Shown here: piece after piece, positions 1-13,900 of the stretch | Layout of the letters: each line of letters starts with the position of its first letter | Numbering within the stretch: the first letter of the stretch is position 1 | Assembly: GCA_048013815.1 (NCBI GenBank) | Contig: CM106586.1 | Location: 16,368,001 to 16,432,000, forward strand | Direction: 5' to 3' | Source: Setoptus koraiensis | Taxonomy: Eukaryota; Animalia; Arthropoda | DNA length: 64,000 bases | Translations under genes and position numbers: made by a program | Notes under the pieces: generated by a model | What the model saw: the letters and a program-made list of their open reading frames with translations, nothing else | What the model was told of the DNA's origin: nothing | Databases searched by the model: none

Positions 1-338
1 GGTCACTTTTACAAACCGATCTATAAATATGGTTATGAAATTATTAACAAACAGACCCACAAGTCATTACTTTCGCAAATCACTGACATTGAAAGTAGAA
101 CACTCAAGTTTCTGAAAAGTTTCTTTCGTGAGCTACAAGAATTGATTACCCTATTTTGAGGCATATAAAGTTTGACAGACATTATCATTATGTGATTCTT
201 CAATTCAATTCAAGTGATTGTTGAATGAGAAATCAAATCAGCATAGAGCAACACCAAAAAGTAGAAAATTCCTAAGAAAAAACTAGATTTTGAAGACGTA
301 GTGCAACTCTCAATCATTAGAAAACTGATTAGATAATC

Positions 339-1817
339 ATGGATAAATCCAAAATCTACATGAAAGTTAATTGCATCATACATAACTCAAACAAAGTTCC
401 ATGTCATATACCTTATTTTCTACATAAGTTTAAAAATATCGCGTCTCTGACATTGCTTTCACTGACCTTCTATTCAATAGCTGAAATTAGTTGTCAGCTG
501 GTGGAACCTGCCAAAACTCATTGTAAAAATGCGGAAACAAGACTGGACCAGTGTAGCCAAAAGGTACGTAAGGAAACTAGTCATGGCTAGTCAAAGGCAC
601 TCTTGACTGAGTAATAATTAAAAATCTAATAACAAGACACACATGAATGTGTCTGATTATATAATTCATGGTCATTAACTCAATAACACGGTAGCTCCTG
701 ATGTTCTACGAGGCTGCACAGTATCCACAAACTTTGTCGCAACTGGATCGAAACTTTTGTCCTACTTTCAAACAGACGACTAGCTGCATAGCTAAATACG
801 AGGATTGTTTTAGGCGCTTCGATCGACAAATAATCAAGTTAGTATTTACATCTACCACATGCGTGTTTATTGTTCCCCTGCGGATTCTACAATAAATCAT
901 CTCTCACAATAATATTCTCACTTCCACAATCTGTTCATGAATGTGAACGAAAAGTTGGGTGCTTACTGCAACGAAGAGACAAAATTATAAGAGGTGCCAA
1001 AACGAGCAGGAAAAGGCAAACTTTGTCAAGCTATCAAATTCTTGCTTGTCAAATGTGAGTACATTCATTAATACCTATTCATCTGATCGAAGTTAGTTAA
1101 AAATAGTTGCTAATCAATACAATATCCACCTCTCATTAGATGAAAAATACAATGAATGACTGTATGGATAGGTACATAGCCGCCTTAGATGCCATTGCTG
1201 ATATGAAGGTAGCCAAAGGCTCACCTAATGATAATCAAATACAGTTATCATGCTGTGCAAATAGGAGATTCAAAGAGGTATTTATCCATTGTTGAATGTT
1301 GTCGCTATTCTCACATCGAGCTGGTGAGAACAGCAGCAGAAGCCACAACAACAACAACTTTTCATTCTAGCAGCTATTTATCGTTAGTTCATATTCAAGG
1401 TTTCTATAATATAGTTAGTGCCTGGAATAGAATGAAGGTCGCATATTCATTATCATCTAAAATCTAACTTTAACTATTATATATTCTCATTAATTTACAT
1501 TTGTCCTTTAGTGTTCAATCAAGCAAGCCGAGCGTTACTGCAGACTCAAGAAATCATTCCGAGAGCCTAGAAAGATCTTATACACTTCGGTTCGGAATGG
1601 GAGACTTTTAAATCAACGAAATCAAAATGCCGATTTACAGATGATTAAGATGCTCGAAGACAATTTAGATGCCATGCATCTGACAGGGCCAGAATTCTTT
1701 TGTTCTAATATAGACGACAATTACTGTAGTGCAAACTACGATAAATCCTATTCCAACTACACTAGACCGTTACATAAATCTATTTTGCCAGCAATGCTTA
1801 AAATATACAGAAGTTAG
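339..1817 (+). CDS. Secreted Cys-rich protein of a type common in mites; 5 exons: ~339-563, 695-837, 955-1054, 1140-1277, 1512-1817 (start codon uncertain)
   Basis: All four GT..AG introns preserve frame, giving ...HCKNAETRLDQCSQK/LLMFYEAAQYPQTLSQLDRNFCPTFKQTTSCIAKYEDCFRRFDRQII/NWVLTATKRQNYKRCQNEQEKANFVKLSNSCLSN/MKNTMNDCMDRYIAALDAI...LSCCANRRFKE/CSIKQAERYC...KSILPAMLKIYRS*. A hydrophobic stretch IASLTLLSLTFYSIA precedes the first Cys. Confidence 0.65.
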
Positions 1818-1970
1818 TGATGAGATAAACAGTCATACATGTAAATACATAGATATGTATTTATATATAGATAGACATATCGCCAGTCCCCAAAAAGTCT
1901 ATTTATTCAATAAATAATTATTAATGATCCCAAAAGCTCGATATGCCAGTTGATTTGCCGGAATTCCCAT

Positions 1971-4141
1971 TCAGAGATGCTTCAGAATGAATTGAACACT
2001 TATTCCAAGTCCGATGATTATCTAAAACAGTCGAAGGAGAATCATCAGCATCATGAGTTAATTATCGAGATTGTTCCGATCTGGAGACTTTCATGCTTTC
2101 TTCCTACTTACAAATGTCACAGACGTTGAAGTTACTATGACACCAGGCGTTAATTCGATTCCATAGTGTTGCGAATCCTTCATATCCTCGACCAATTGAC
2201 GCAAACACTCGCGATGATATCCATCTCTAGGTCCGCATGCTATCAGTGACATCAGCGGATGATAATTGTTTTTATACTTCGTTTTGGAATAGTGGTTGGA
2301 TTTTTGAATCTATCATTAGATACGCGTTGAGAGCTGAAAAATTTGAGCTATCCAATTAATTATTAGTGACAACTGCTCACCTTAGATTCGATGAGGGTAG
2401 CTTTCTGAACGCAAAAGATCATTACAAACAACATGTAAATGGCAGCTGCAGTGAATGTTATATTAGTTACCAAATCTCCTTGACCTTTGATCAAATTCAT
2501 TGTGGTCATCATGACTTGTATAGCTCTTGGAACTATCTCACATCTAAGCAAGCAGGCGAAAAAGTCTGAGACATCCTGGTGATTGACTCTTAAAACTCGA
2601 AGCGCGGTAATGATGAGTTGTACTCTATTTTTGACTATAATGTCGTAATCATCAGTCATTTTTTCTTCTTTCGAGGATGACATATGATGAACTGATTGTT
2701 TTTCACGTTCGCTTGGACTTTCCAACGGATTAAATGGATTGACAAGCTCGCTCGCATCCAATGATGATATACTGGATTGTTGACTGCTTGCAGCCAAATC
2801 TGAGCCATTTTTACTCGCTGGTGAAAATTGATTATTGTATATGGGTCCTGTCATACCAACTGTTCTGCCATAACGCTGATAAGTGTTGCGATTCTTTGTC
2901 ATGGATGGCATATATTTTATTCTCCTACCACCGTTATTGTCTGTCTCTTTGAGTAACAGTCCAGGTTCTTGATCATCCGATCTGATGAGTATTGATCTTG
3001 CTCTAATACGACAAATCTCGTTAGTGTGATTGATGTATTCATAAACTACACCGGACATAAAGGCTAAATATTGACAAGCGATGCTGTAGTGTGTCACATT
3101 GAATAAATAGCTTGTAAATAATATGGTCGTAATAAAACCTAAAGTCACAACAAAACCGACACTAAAAGAGCTGAATTTATACTCTCCATCTTGCTGAATG
3201 TGTTGTCTATAAAGTATGGATACTAAACAAGAAAGCGATACACTTGATATCACGAATACCGATGCCAAAAATGACATGGTTGTCGCAACGGTCGCATACT
3301 GCACTATTGGCTGTAGTTTCGGGTTGAATTCTTCATTTTGTTCGAGATTAGCAGTGAATTGTGCTCTATGCCATGAAGGATATCGTTGTATCATGGATAA
3401 TAGTGACCTATTGAGCTCCCGATCTTTTGTTTTCCATGCCATGAATGCACCTTCTCCCGTTATTACATCTTTATGATTGTCTTTGGGAGGATTGTTAGCG
3501 AGACCCAGTACAGTCTTGATGCCCTCGATGGGACCAATATTCAATATTTCCAGATGACGCACCAATAGCATGCACAAACTTGTTGAGCGATCTTTGCGAA
3601 ACAACATACAAAATCTAGATAGAATCATAGGTAATAACATTAATAAACCATATGAGGATGCCGTCTCTCCCACGACATTGTGCATTCTAACTAAGTCTCT
3701 TAATGCCGAAACAGGTAAATCGTCAACATTTCGGGAGTATTTAGCTGAGAAGGAGCACGAAAACACTGTGTACATATCGAAAATAATCAACAATACCAAC
3801 CATATTGACTGCAACAATGTAAGTCGTCTGAATATGTTGCGACTTCCGCCAAGGTCATTAGTAACAATAAATTCACTCTTGCTGTCAGTGGTTCGCCTCC
3901 GATCACGGCCTAGAGATAAAGAGGTTGTCGAAGAAAGATTGCTGTCGTGTTGCGGCTCGATTACTAAACCTTCGATGGCGAAGTCCGTTAATGTGTCGGC
4001 GCGCTCTATTTCCGACTGTTTTTTCCCGTTAGTCTCTTGTGATGCACCACCATTCGGTAACAAAATATTGCTTTCTACAAAGCCAAAGTTGACCAAATTT
4101 AAGTAGCCACACAGGAAATTCATGAAGGAGAAGATGTTCAT
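1971..4141 (-). CDS. Gustatory-receptor-like 7TM protein (~669 aa); exons 4141-2381, 2309-2112, 2021-1971
   Basis: Several hydrophobic helices. AAG|GTGAGC donor at 2380. A 66-codon exon ending GIELTPGVIVTSTSVTF and a terminal exon IIIGLGISVQFILKHL* reproduce the GR TM7 region and its C-terminal phase-0 introns. Confidence 0.7.
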
Positions 4142-4900
4142 TTTTGAACCACTTGTTCTGTTTTGACTAGTCCGGTTGTGTGTGTCCTAAATGACCAAAC
4201 TAATTTTCTACCTATTTTCTGAGAGACCAATCGATTCCATCATCACTTTGCATGGTAGAAATGTTGTCTAGTTGCAGTCTATTACTAAGAGACTATTAGT
4301 GCGTGCCACATACAGTTTCAATTGTCAGTTTTGACAGAAATCAAGGGGTGTCATAAATTATTCATGAATGACAATGACTTCATCTGTGGCACAAATTCTT
4401 TCAATTCATTATTTCCGATTCCGTGTTTGATTAAGTGACATGAAATCCGTTGCATACCGTGTGCATACTACTGGTAAGCGACGGAAGATGAAAAAAAAAG
4501 ATCAACTTTCGATCAGAATACTCGCAACTTATCCTTGCTTGGGGTCGAATTTCCTTACGTAAGCGCGAATATTGCAAGCAATTGTAGGACGTGGGGAGGG
4601 GCCCATTTCCACCTCCCCGCATGCGGAATGGAATACCTCACTTCGAAGGCGGAGTTCCCGATGACCAACTGAAACCAACAATAAACGACCCCCATGACTT
4701 TGAGTGGATTAATTGATATCTCCAGTGTAAGGCGAGTCTACTAGCAAACAAGTCGTTTCGTATTTGATATTTGGCTGCAATTATCTGCGTATTCACAGTT
4801 CAAAAAATTCAGTATCAGTGTTAGGTACCAAGAAATACCAAAAATACCTTAGTCGCTCAACCGCGAAACATGTTCGGCATGGAGCACGAACGGCACACGG

Positions 4901-4926
4901 GCTGTTGGGCAGCCCTGCCCAACAGC
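4901..4926. repeat. Perfect 12-bp inverted repeat (hairpin)
   Basis: GCTGTTGGGCAG-cc-CTGCCCAACAGC. Confidence 0.9.
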
Positions 4927-5768
4927 TGCCCTGCCCTTGCCCTCAGTTCTAGTCCCCACGTAATGTGGCCAACAAACTATGATGCCGATTCTAGGACGAC
5001 CAAGAAAGAGACTTTCTAGAGAAGGACAACACCATATGAATAGAGGCGAGGAAATGACAAAAGATCAGAGGTTCTCATCGTGATCCAGGCCACACCATAA
5101 TCCATGTGGAACAGCAACTTTGTATCATCACCTGTGCAAAATAAATTATAATCTTTACCATATTCAAATTCACCCGCCTTTAGTCCAATCGCTACTTTGC
5201 CCAGCATCACACTTTTGTTTTTTCCTTCATTTCACTTTGACGACACTCATGCCCAACCATCGATACCATTTGTATCATAAAAATATTGTTTATTAAATTG
5301 TTGATACCCATACATGATCGTCTAATAAGTCCCAGCTCAACTATCCCACAGTGTTGATGACAAGTTTTAAATTTATCCATCTATATTTCGTCGATAATAC
5401 TGGTGTCAATTGAAGAGCATTTATTTACATGCAACAATGATCAAATTCTTGAAATCTGTGTCTAATATCACAAGCAACTGCTCCATGTGCGACCTAACAC
5501 AACGTGAATAAAATGAGTTGTATATTTTAGAACATAACTGTCCTCATAATCAAATGATCTATTTTCTCGTAACAAATAGAGATAAGGATAGGCCAAACCA
5601 AGTTACTAATACGAACGACTGCGCACTTACAATTCGACACAAGACTCGCATCATAGTTCTTTAAAATGTTATAATTCCTCATACCTAGGATATTTGAATA
5701 AATTCCTGGACCTCAGACTTAAGATTTATTATCAATAACAAGAATCGGATATAGACTATATTGTAACT

Positions 5769-7502
5769 ATGTCTCTTAACGAAGCAGTTCTCGAAAAGAA
5801 ATTCAACACGATATCGGGCTCCCAGGAGAGTATACAATCATTAAGCCAAATTTGTTTAAATTATAAAAATCAACATAGGAGGATTGCACAAATATGGTTG
5901 AAATGCTTGCAGAAGGCGAAAAGTTCGCACAGATTGACTCTTATCTACCTAGCTAATGACATTGTGCAAAATGCCAAACGAAAACATGCAATATCTTTTA
6001 TTAGCGACTTCAGATTGATCATGAAAGATTCAATTCCCTACTTGAAAGATGCAAAAATCAAATCGTCTGTTGAAAGGGTATTCAATATATGGCGTGATAG
6101 GAATGTTTACGACACCAAATTTACAAATGAACTGTTAGGCGCGTTAAACAGCACGACCCCAACAACTGGTCAGACAACAGCCACATTTAAAATAGTAAGC
6201 GAGTTCAAACATAATGAATTGTTGAATAAACTGAGCAGCTTGGATAAGTTTGAAAATAATACCAAGGCCAAGAGGACGTTCTATGACGAAAAAAGACATC
6301 TTCTAGAACAGGACGAGGCATCCCTAATTAAGAGCAAAGGAGATACACCCATGAGTAAACTAATTTCAGACTACGATGATGCTATAGAAACCTTGCAATC
6401 TTTTATAAAAGCCCAGGAAAAAGAACGGGCCTTTCGTAAGGATCTCCTGGAAAACCTTGGCAAAGCGAAAATTTATCATGACGCTAAGCGTGCCGAGGCC
6501 AAAATAGTTCACGATGCCTACAAAAAGTACTCTACAAAATTATCGACTGTTAGAGCTAAAGTTCAAGAATTGTCAAAAGCATCAATCAATGATGATAGAA
6601 CCAATTCTAAAGAAGCTTCTATTACTACATTCAACAGTGATCTCAGTATACCACTACCAGAGCAGAAGAATACACTCGACGACAAGGCGCAACCAGCGAC
6701 AAGTTTGGATAAAAGGCTATCAGAGTTACTCAAGACCTTGCCTAGCTTGAGCCAACTTTGTGCTGGTAATCAAGATACCAACCAGCAGCCTGTTAGGCAA
6801 GATCAAAGCAGACCATCACAACAACAACAGCATCAGCACCAACAACAGTACTGGTATGCTCAAGAAGATACAAATCAAAATAGTGCCGGATACTATAACC
6901 CCAGTAATTATTTGAATGCGCCTCAGCAAAAGCCACCTATTTTACCACCTAATTTATCTGTACCGCCACCACCTATGATGGCTATGCTTGGATATCCCCC
7001 TCCCCCCATAGTGCCAGATCCAAAAATGCAGCCACCTATATCTTCGATGATGAGTTCAGATCAGGTGAATAATAATCAATCTAAGTTAAATTACCCTCAC
7101 AATCACAGCGAAAATCACGAACCAGCCGATATGGATCTTAGCGACCCTGAGGATGAACATATTGGTGGGTCTAGTAATGTAATACCCATGGTTGCTGCAG
7201 CTATGCAATCTGGTGCGGGAGGTCACCAGAATAGCACGCCAAGAGATAGATACACGAGTAGTAGAGGACCACCTCAGTTAGTAGCTTCTCCGGCCATATC
7301 TTTAAACCGTTATGCCTATGCACCTCATACCACCCTACCTTTTGATCCGAGTATTATGGACCATGGAAGGGACTCTACCAGCAGCCGAAGTCGCGTTGTT
7401 GATAGTAAACGCTCTTCAAGTAGTGGAAGTAGTCATAGATACAATAGACATCACGGCTCTGCAGACAGGAAGCACTCGTCATCTTCCGGACGGAGGAGGT
7501 AA
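5769..7502 (+). CDS. RPRD1/RPRD2-family CTD-interacting (CID) domain protein, single coding exon
   Basis: N-terminal CID (SQESIQSLSQ...RLTLIYLANDIVQNAKRK...VERVFNIWRDRNVY), coiled-coil CREPT-like region, Q/P/S/R-rich tail. Confidence 0.88.
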   Translation: MSLNEAVLEKKFNTISGSQESIQSLSQICLNYKNQHRRIAQIWLKCLQKAKSSHRLTLIYLANDIVQNAKRKHAISFISDFRLIMKDSIPYLKDAKIKSSVERVFNIWRDRNVYDTKFTNELLGALNSTTPTTGQTTATFKIVSEFKHNELLNKLSSLDKFENNTKAKRTFYDEKRHLLEQDEASLIKSKGDTPMSKLISDYDDAIETLQSFIKAQEKERAFRKDLLENLGKAKIYHDAKRAEAKIVHDAYKKYSTKLSTVRAKVQELSKASINDDRTNSKEASITTFNSDLSIPLPEQKNTLDDKAQPATSLDKRLSELLKTLPSLSQLCAGNQDTNQQPVRQDQSRPSQQQQHQHQQQYWYAQEDTNQNSAGYYNPSNYLNAPQQKPPILPPNLSVPPPPMMAMLGYPPPPIVPDPKMQPPISSMMSSDQVNNNQSKLNYPHNHSENHEPADMDLSDPEDEHIGGSSNVIPMVAAAMQSGAGGHQNSTPRDRYTSSRGPPQLVASPAISLNRYAYAPHTTLPFDPSIMDHGRDSTSSRSRVVDSKRSSSSGSSHRYNRHHGSADRKHSSSSGRRR

Positions 7503-7971
7503 TGAATTAATTCCGTCTTTGTTATACACAGCTGTTAATGTTTGCTTTGAGCACGATAAACAATCTGTCACTTCGGATAAATCAATCCATAAGTGAGCTA
7601 CATCAAGTCGCAGCTTGTTTTTATTAAGTCAGTCTTTGAGATCATCAACCATACAAGTCTAAATCTGTCTTTGTTTCGTGACTGCACTTGCATCCTCACT
7701 GTCTATGGATATCGTCGATAATTATCCGTCATTATCATTTCAACTTTAGGTTTTTGAAGTAATTATAAGGTATAGTTATATTGAGACTAATTTATCGACT
7801 GTGGATTGGATTTGTATCAATTGATAATTATAACAACTAGCCTGTTTGTTGGTGGAATATACTTGTAAAAGATTCTGCAAGGAATAGTGATGAGTTTGAG
7901 AAGAGTCTAGATCTATGTTAGCGGCAAATATTTTATTTTATAAACATCACATGAGGCTTAATATTATAGTT

Positions 7972-10900
7972 TCATTTTCTCACAGGTGCAACGGCTCGTT
8001 GCTTATTAAAGTTGCTTAACATCAAACCTATGTAAGATGTTAAGAGGTCGTCCATTTTGTAACCCTAGAGGATGATAAATTTTGAGAGATAATTTTGTAA
8101 GCTTTCTGAAACGACAGTTTTCTTTCTAGACTGGTCTTTTGAAGGGATTATGAGTGAGACAGGTTTCATTGAGTCGATCGATTGAATACTTACTAAAGGC
8201 GTTTCACACAACAATTTGCCTGCATTGACTAAATTGCCAATAGTCATGTGAAAGTAGGTGTTGCCACTGCTCCAATTGGAAATCTTATTGAATGGATGAG
8301 TGACATAGATCTCTTTCGTGGTTTGATCAATCAAACTTACTCCGTGCCTGTTGATGGCGACGAGCAGTCTCTCTGGATATTTTGTATCACCATTTTGCTG
8401 TTTAGATGAGATGTGAAGGGACGTTAATTGTATGTTTCAACTAAGGAGGATTAGTTGAATCAACTCTTGATAATAGTCAGTCATCTAAATTACTTACTCT
8501 TACTTCGAAGAAAGCCGATCCAAATGTCGGCCATTTATAAACAGTTCTGAGGAATTCAGTTTTTGCTCCGTCTTGGCTCATCCCGGAATGTTCATTGTAG
8601 TATGCCATGATAGCCTGTTATTTGGAAGAATTATAATAATAAAATACATTAATGTCAAACACACATGAACTGTATGATATTTAGTCGGAAGTTGCAATCT
8701 TCTACACGCACCTTGCGCCATTCGCTGGCCGGTTGCACTTTAACGAGGTCCACTGGTACAAGTTCCATAACCTTATGCTCCGGGATAGGTGGGGCGTCAT
8801 CACCATTTCGTGATCGGTACATGAGCGCGGCAAGTTTGGCCGCATTATCTATTGAGCATGCATGATAACCTCGTAATAGTTTGGGCACCTCTTGGTGGAA
8901 GTGAAATATGGTATCGGCGTTGTGATCTTTGCCCGGAACTGTGCTCGTCCATAATTTTTTCATAAAGAATACTTGATATGTGAATTGGTTAACTAATGGG
9001 TCTCCCCGTGGCCTAGCCTTACGTATCCAGTCAGTGAGGTGGCGCACAAAATCGAAAAAGAAATCATTTTCCGGCACGCTTATCACTTTGTCTGAAATTT
9101 TCACAAATAAACTAAATCCTTCTGCGGACTTCAGATCAAGCCTATGCGCAATATCTTTGCAGAAATCTTTGGCACGAGTACTTGAGTCTACTTCAAAAGC
9201 GTCGTCTGTGTCATCCGGAAAATACACTTTGTGGAATATTTGTGTCTTTTTATGCTGAATCGCTTCAACTTCAACCAAATGCGGAGGGTACTTCCTCTGA
9301 CCGTTGCGCATTTGCTTATGTAATCTCTGTAAAGAGTCCATCGCTATAGGGTGACGACGACTACGTAAAAACATGGTCAATTCTTTGATTAGATCCTTGT
9401 TACTAGGAGAGAATAAGCCAGTCACTAGCCACATCAACTCCCAGCCCCGTTCTTCGCTCAGACGGTTCTTGTTGTCTGTTAATTGTTTCATTATTTGACA
9501 ATAAATCTCATCACGCAGTGGTTCTTTTTGTAGTGGATTTGCGAATATTTGGTCCGTCAATTCATTACCACTTCTCTTTGAAGGCAAATCACCCATATAC
9601 TTGAGAATATTCGTAAATGCTTGGCATGCCTCTTGTCCTAGCTCCTCTTTATCGGCAAGTTTCTTCAGTAAGGGCTGTCTCAGAGGCTCACGAGAGCACT
9701 TCCATGTAATCCCTTGATTTGAATTATGTCGACGTCTGGCAGAGGCAAAGCTCAAAGTTCCTTGCAGCGTTCGTTTGGGTGAACTTTTGAATTGATCTAC
9801 TAGTTTTGTCTTCTGATCACCTCTTGGTCTAAAATAATCTCTAGCGTAATCTTCAAGAGTGTGTTCTAGTTCGTTAGAAACAAGTCCATGAGTTGAATTC
9901 TGATGACCAAATGTGGCCAGGTTTGAGGTATCCATGCTCATTCGACTAAACAAATCAATAAGAGCTTGGGGTGGTGCTGTTAGTGTGGGTAAAATATAAA
10001 CAATATTTTCTGTCGGAAATTCACCTATCTTCTCGGTCCTTACTAGTTGACCCTGGCACCAACTTTGCTTCTCCAATGTTTCACCACAAATTCCATCTGC
10101 CAAAACAATCAGATCTCCTTGTTGGAAAGACAAATAGCGAGGATGTTCGCCCACATAGTCTTGTAAAGCTATCACATATTTAGAGCGTTTCTTCAATCCA
10201 TCTAGAAAATAGTTGACCAATTGACATATATCCTCGGAATTAGGTGACTGGAACGTAAACTCTTCCAAACGAATAGTTGTAAGTACGAAGTTGTGCATCA
10301 TTGGAGTCCGTCCGGTCTTGATACTATGCATCAATGTTATTTCAGGAAAAGATAACTCGAGCAATACTTGCTCTTGATCGTCAACAAGATACACACCGGT
10401 CCAATTTATGGCAATGATGACATCATTCTTGGCTAATGTGGGTCCTGAAATTAAAAGGGCCTCGTAGAAACGAGAAAATAATAGAGGCCATTTATATTTT
10501 GCATATTCTACAACATCTTCTTTGACTCGCAATGCTGGTGTGTTCTCCTTAAAGAAATAACTATTCAAATAGGCTGAACGTATGTCGCGTGTCCATCTTT
10601 CGAGACTGCGTTCACTGTTCTTGAGATAGTGATCCGGAACGTAAAGTTTTACAGACTTCACTAAGGCGTCTATATCTATATGATTGCCATTTTCTACGTA
10701 GTATTGATGCGCTACGATTTTAGCCAAACCTTCATCGTTATCGCATCTATATTCACCGAATTTCACTCCTCTTATAACCTGTTGATAGATCAAATTAGTA
10801 GCTTTTGCATCTAAGCTAGCTGAATGCCATGGAGCGAAGATTTCTTTTCTGAAGAACAATCGCCAAGGGGCCCTTTTCTCATGCTGGCCTTGTTCTTTGG

Positions 10901-13900
10901 CATACTGCTCGCACTGACTGATTGCATCCATAACGTGCTCACCGCCACTACCCAACGAGGATACTTTGTCGAACAGCGCAATATATAACGAGAACCCAAA
11001 TTTGTCTTTCAATGGGATTTCTGCCGACAGGTACTCGCACAACTCATATGCAGTGGTTGCTGAGTCAGCCGTCGCTCCAATTTGATGGCCGTCCATAAAG
11101 GTTATCGGCAGTATCAGTGAATGCTTCTGTTTGACTGCATATAACTCTAACCATGCGGGTGGTTGTCCACGGGTCCCATTCGCGAAAGTTCTTCTGAGTC
11201 TAGTTTCACAATATAGCGCCCAATCACCGCCTTGGCGTATAAAGTTCAACAAATACTTTACAAAGCGATCCGATGGCGCAAAACATCCTACGCATAATGC
11301 CAATAAAATCCAACCAGTAGCATCAGATTTTTTATCGGGGTTGTTCGTTAATTGTTTGCATATTTGGCAGTAAATCTCATCACGCAATTCTTCGCGCAAT
11401 ATACCATGTCCTATGATAAAATGCAATTTCTCTAAAGCCGTTGTTGGTCTACCATCAATCCAATTACTATATGTATCGGCTGCAAGCTCTTCTTCTTGCA
11501 ATCGCCTACGAACGTCTTCACTCAACTTATTCTTCTTTTTCAATGTTAGAGAAACTAGTTTGTTGCGTATACTCCTGACTTTCGTTTTACCTGAAGGTTG
11601 CTGATCTCCATCCTGAGCCGGAGATTCCTTTCCTGCCTCTTGGAGTTGCATTTGAGCTTGTGCTTCCTGAAATTCTTTACTTTTGATGAAGTTTCTGCCT
11701 AATGTTGCAGTAACTTTACTCATTACAGAGGCCGAATCTCCAGGAGGCTCGCGAAATTCTTCTGGTTCTTTCGCATCCCCCATGAATCTTGTTATTGTGA
11801 TCCATAAGGCAATGGCGGCCATACAATCACCTTGAGTCTGTAGAGGTAACAAAGGATGTTTCATATCGTATTTTCGCTGATAGAAAAAGGGCACGTTCCC
11901 TTGGAAATAAGTGGTGGCGAATTTTTGAAATTTGTAGTCGCTTAGATCTTCATTCTCCTCCTCGGGCAAGGCTGGGACCGCCAAATTTCCAATGTCGTTG
12001 TTATCTACTTCAACCCCATAGGCACCGATCGCATGGCCATTCTGATGGTAAGCTCCATTAGAGCTGACCTCTACATTGTTGTTGTTCATGCAGTCCAAGT
12101 CTTTGAATGCCGAGGGTCCATCTCCAGATGATAACATACCATTAAGAGTGTTCGGACTCGTATCAAGGAATTGAAATATGGTGTCGACCAAATTTGAAGG
12201 ATCCACTTGTCGATCCTGTCGCGAGGCAGCTTCGACCATCATGGCTTTTTTCTCCTCCAATTGACGCTCTTCTGCAAGTTTTTCCTGCTTCTTACGCGCT
12301 TCAAACTCGCTCAATCGTTCGATATATTTCTTTTCCGCAATTTCTTGCGCCTTCTTAGGATTCACATTCTGTTGGCATAGTAGTTTCTCCTCTTGTTCCC
12401 TAAGACGTTTGGCCTCTGCTCTTCTGTTCAATTCTAATTGCAACTTCTGCATTTTCTTTCTCGCTATAAAGGCACGAACAAATCTCTGAATCTTTAGTAT
12501 AGCATGACGTTTGATCATGGCTTCTTTGCGCAACAAGTGTCCTCTACACCTGGCCTGAAGGGCAACTATATGCTGTCGCAAAAGTCTGAAATGGTTAGTG
12601 AACACCCTAGATCTTATGAGAGCCTGCAGCCTCTGGAAACCTGTCACCATTTCTCTGTATCTTCTTTTTTGTACGTGGGCTCGCCACCGAGATTGAATGA
12701 TGATTGCACTATCTCTCATTTTGTTGTACCTTCTTCTATGGTACCATCCTCGTATTGCCCTTTGTAAAGTTACTATATTACTAGTTATTACTCTATCACG
12801 TTCTTGTTCCAAGAATAAGTCATGAGCATCCTTGAGAAAAACCTTGCTGTTTCCGAGTTGATAGTCTTCTAAACCTAATTTAGTTCTGCAGATACGGGAC
12901 GCGGCCTCCTTCAAGTCGGAAACTTTGTGAGGAGGCCCTATCCCAGGTAATAAATAACGATATCGTTCAATAAATTCTTTGTATGTATGGCGTATCGGGT
13001 AGCCAGCTCTCCTAATTCTAATTGTTTCCATCATTCCCGAATACCTCAATTGCTTGCAACATAATTCTCTGTCAAACAACATAGGTTTCTTCATTTCATT
13101 AGGTTTTATGCATCTAATGAAGAATGGATGACATTGGCTGAGTTGCCTCATCAATGAATCGAGAGATTTCTTAAATTGAGCACTCAGTGTTAGTGTTTTC
13201 TTGCGCGTATCGGTTCCCATGCCTATGTCGTCATGAAATAGATTTTGCAAAAAGCTATTCTTGCTTACTTGTATTAGTTGTAGTAAATCAGCGTTGAAAG
13301 TATCTCGATTTTTCTCGAGGAAGCCTCTAGTTTCATAATAGACTTTACCAGCAAAGTGACTAAGACCAAATGAGGTATTGATATCTGACACATGCTTCAA
13401 GTAGTTCTGATTATTCCCGTGAGTTTTGTGCAACTTGTTTAATAGTGTTATGTCGGTACCTTGTGGGAATTTGCTCTCTTCATCTATCAACGCCATTATA
13501 TTCATCGGTTTGACTGCTATAAGATCGAGTGCATCTTGATTATCTATAAATTCAATGTGCTGCCAATTAATGTGTTCAGTATTATACTCCTCTTGCTCTA
13601 ACTTGAATATATGCCTAACAAAGAATTGCTGAAGATTTTCGTTTGCATAGTTTATACAAAATTGTTCAAAGCTATTGATGTTGAAATTTTCAAATCCAAA
13701 TATATCTAATACACCGATCGAAGACCTAGATTCTCCGCTGGGTGGCTTATAAATTGCTGAATTAATTTTTCGAACAATCCAAACAAACATCTTGCCATAA
13801 ATTCCTTTAACAAACGCGTCTCTGACATCTAATGATTGTTGTGAGCTCATTGTCGAGACAACTGTATCACCGTGGGCAAAGATTGTTCTGGTGGTCAAAG

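Noticed and set aside
5016-5210. 64-aa ORF with protein-like composition (ending SFPRLYSYG, faintly like a Helitron Rep motif)
   Set aside because: Non-ATG start, no further exons found, similarity too short to support a call; a tblastn search would settle it.
8655-8711. ORF-track C-termini of myosin, both GRs, CadN segments and peritrophin, and the TTG start of RWDD1 at 57368
   Set aside because: These are read-through into introns; the spliced models above replace them.
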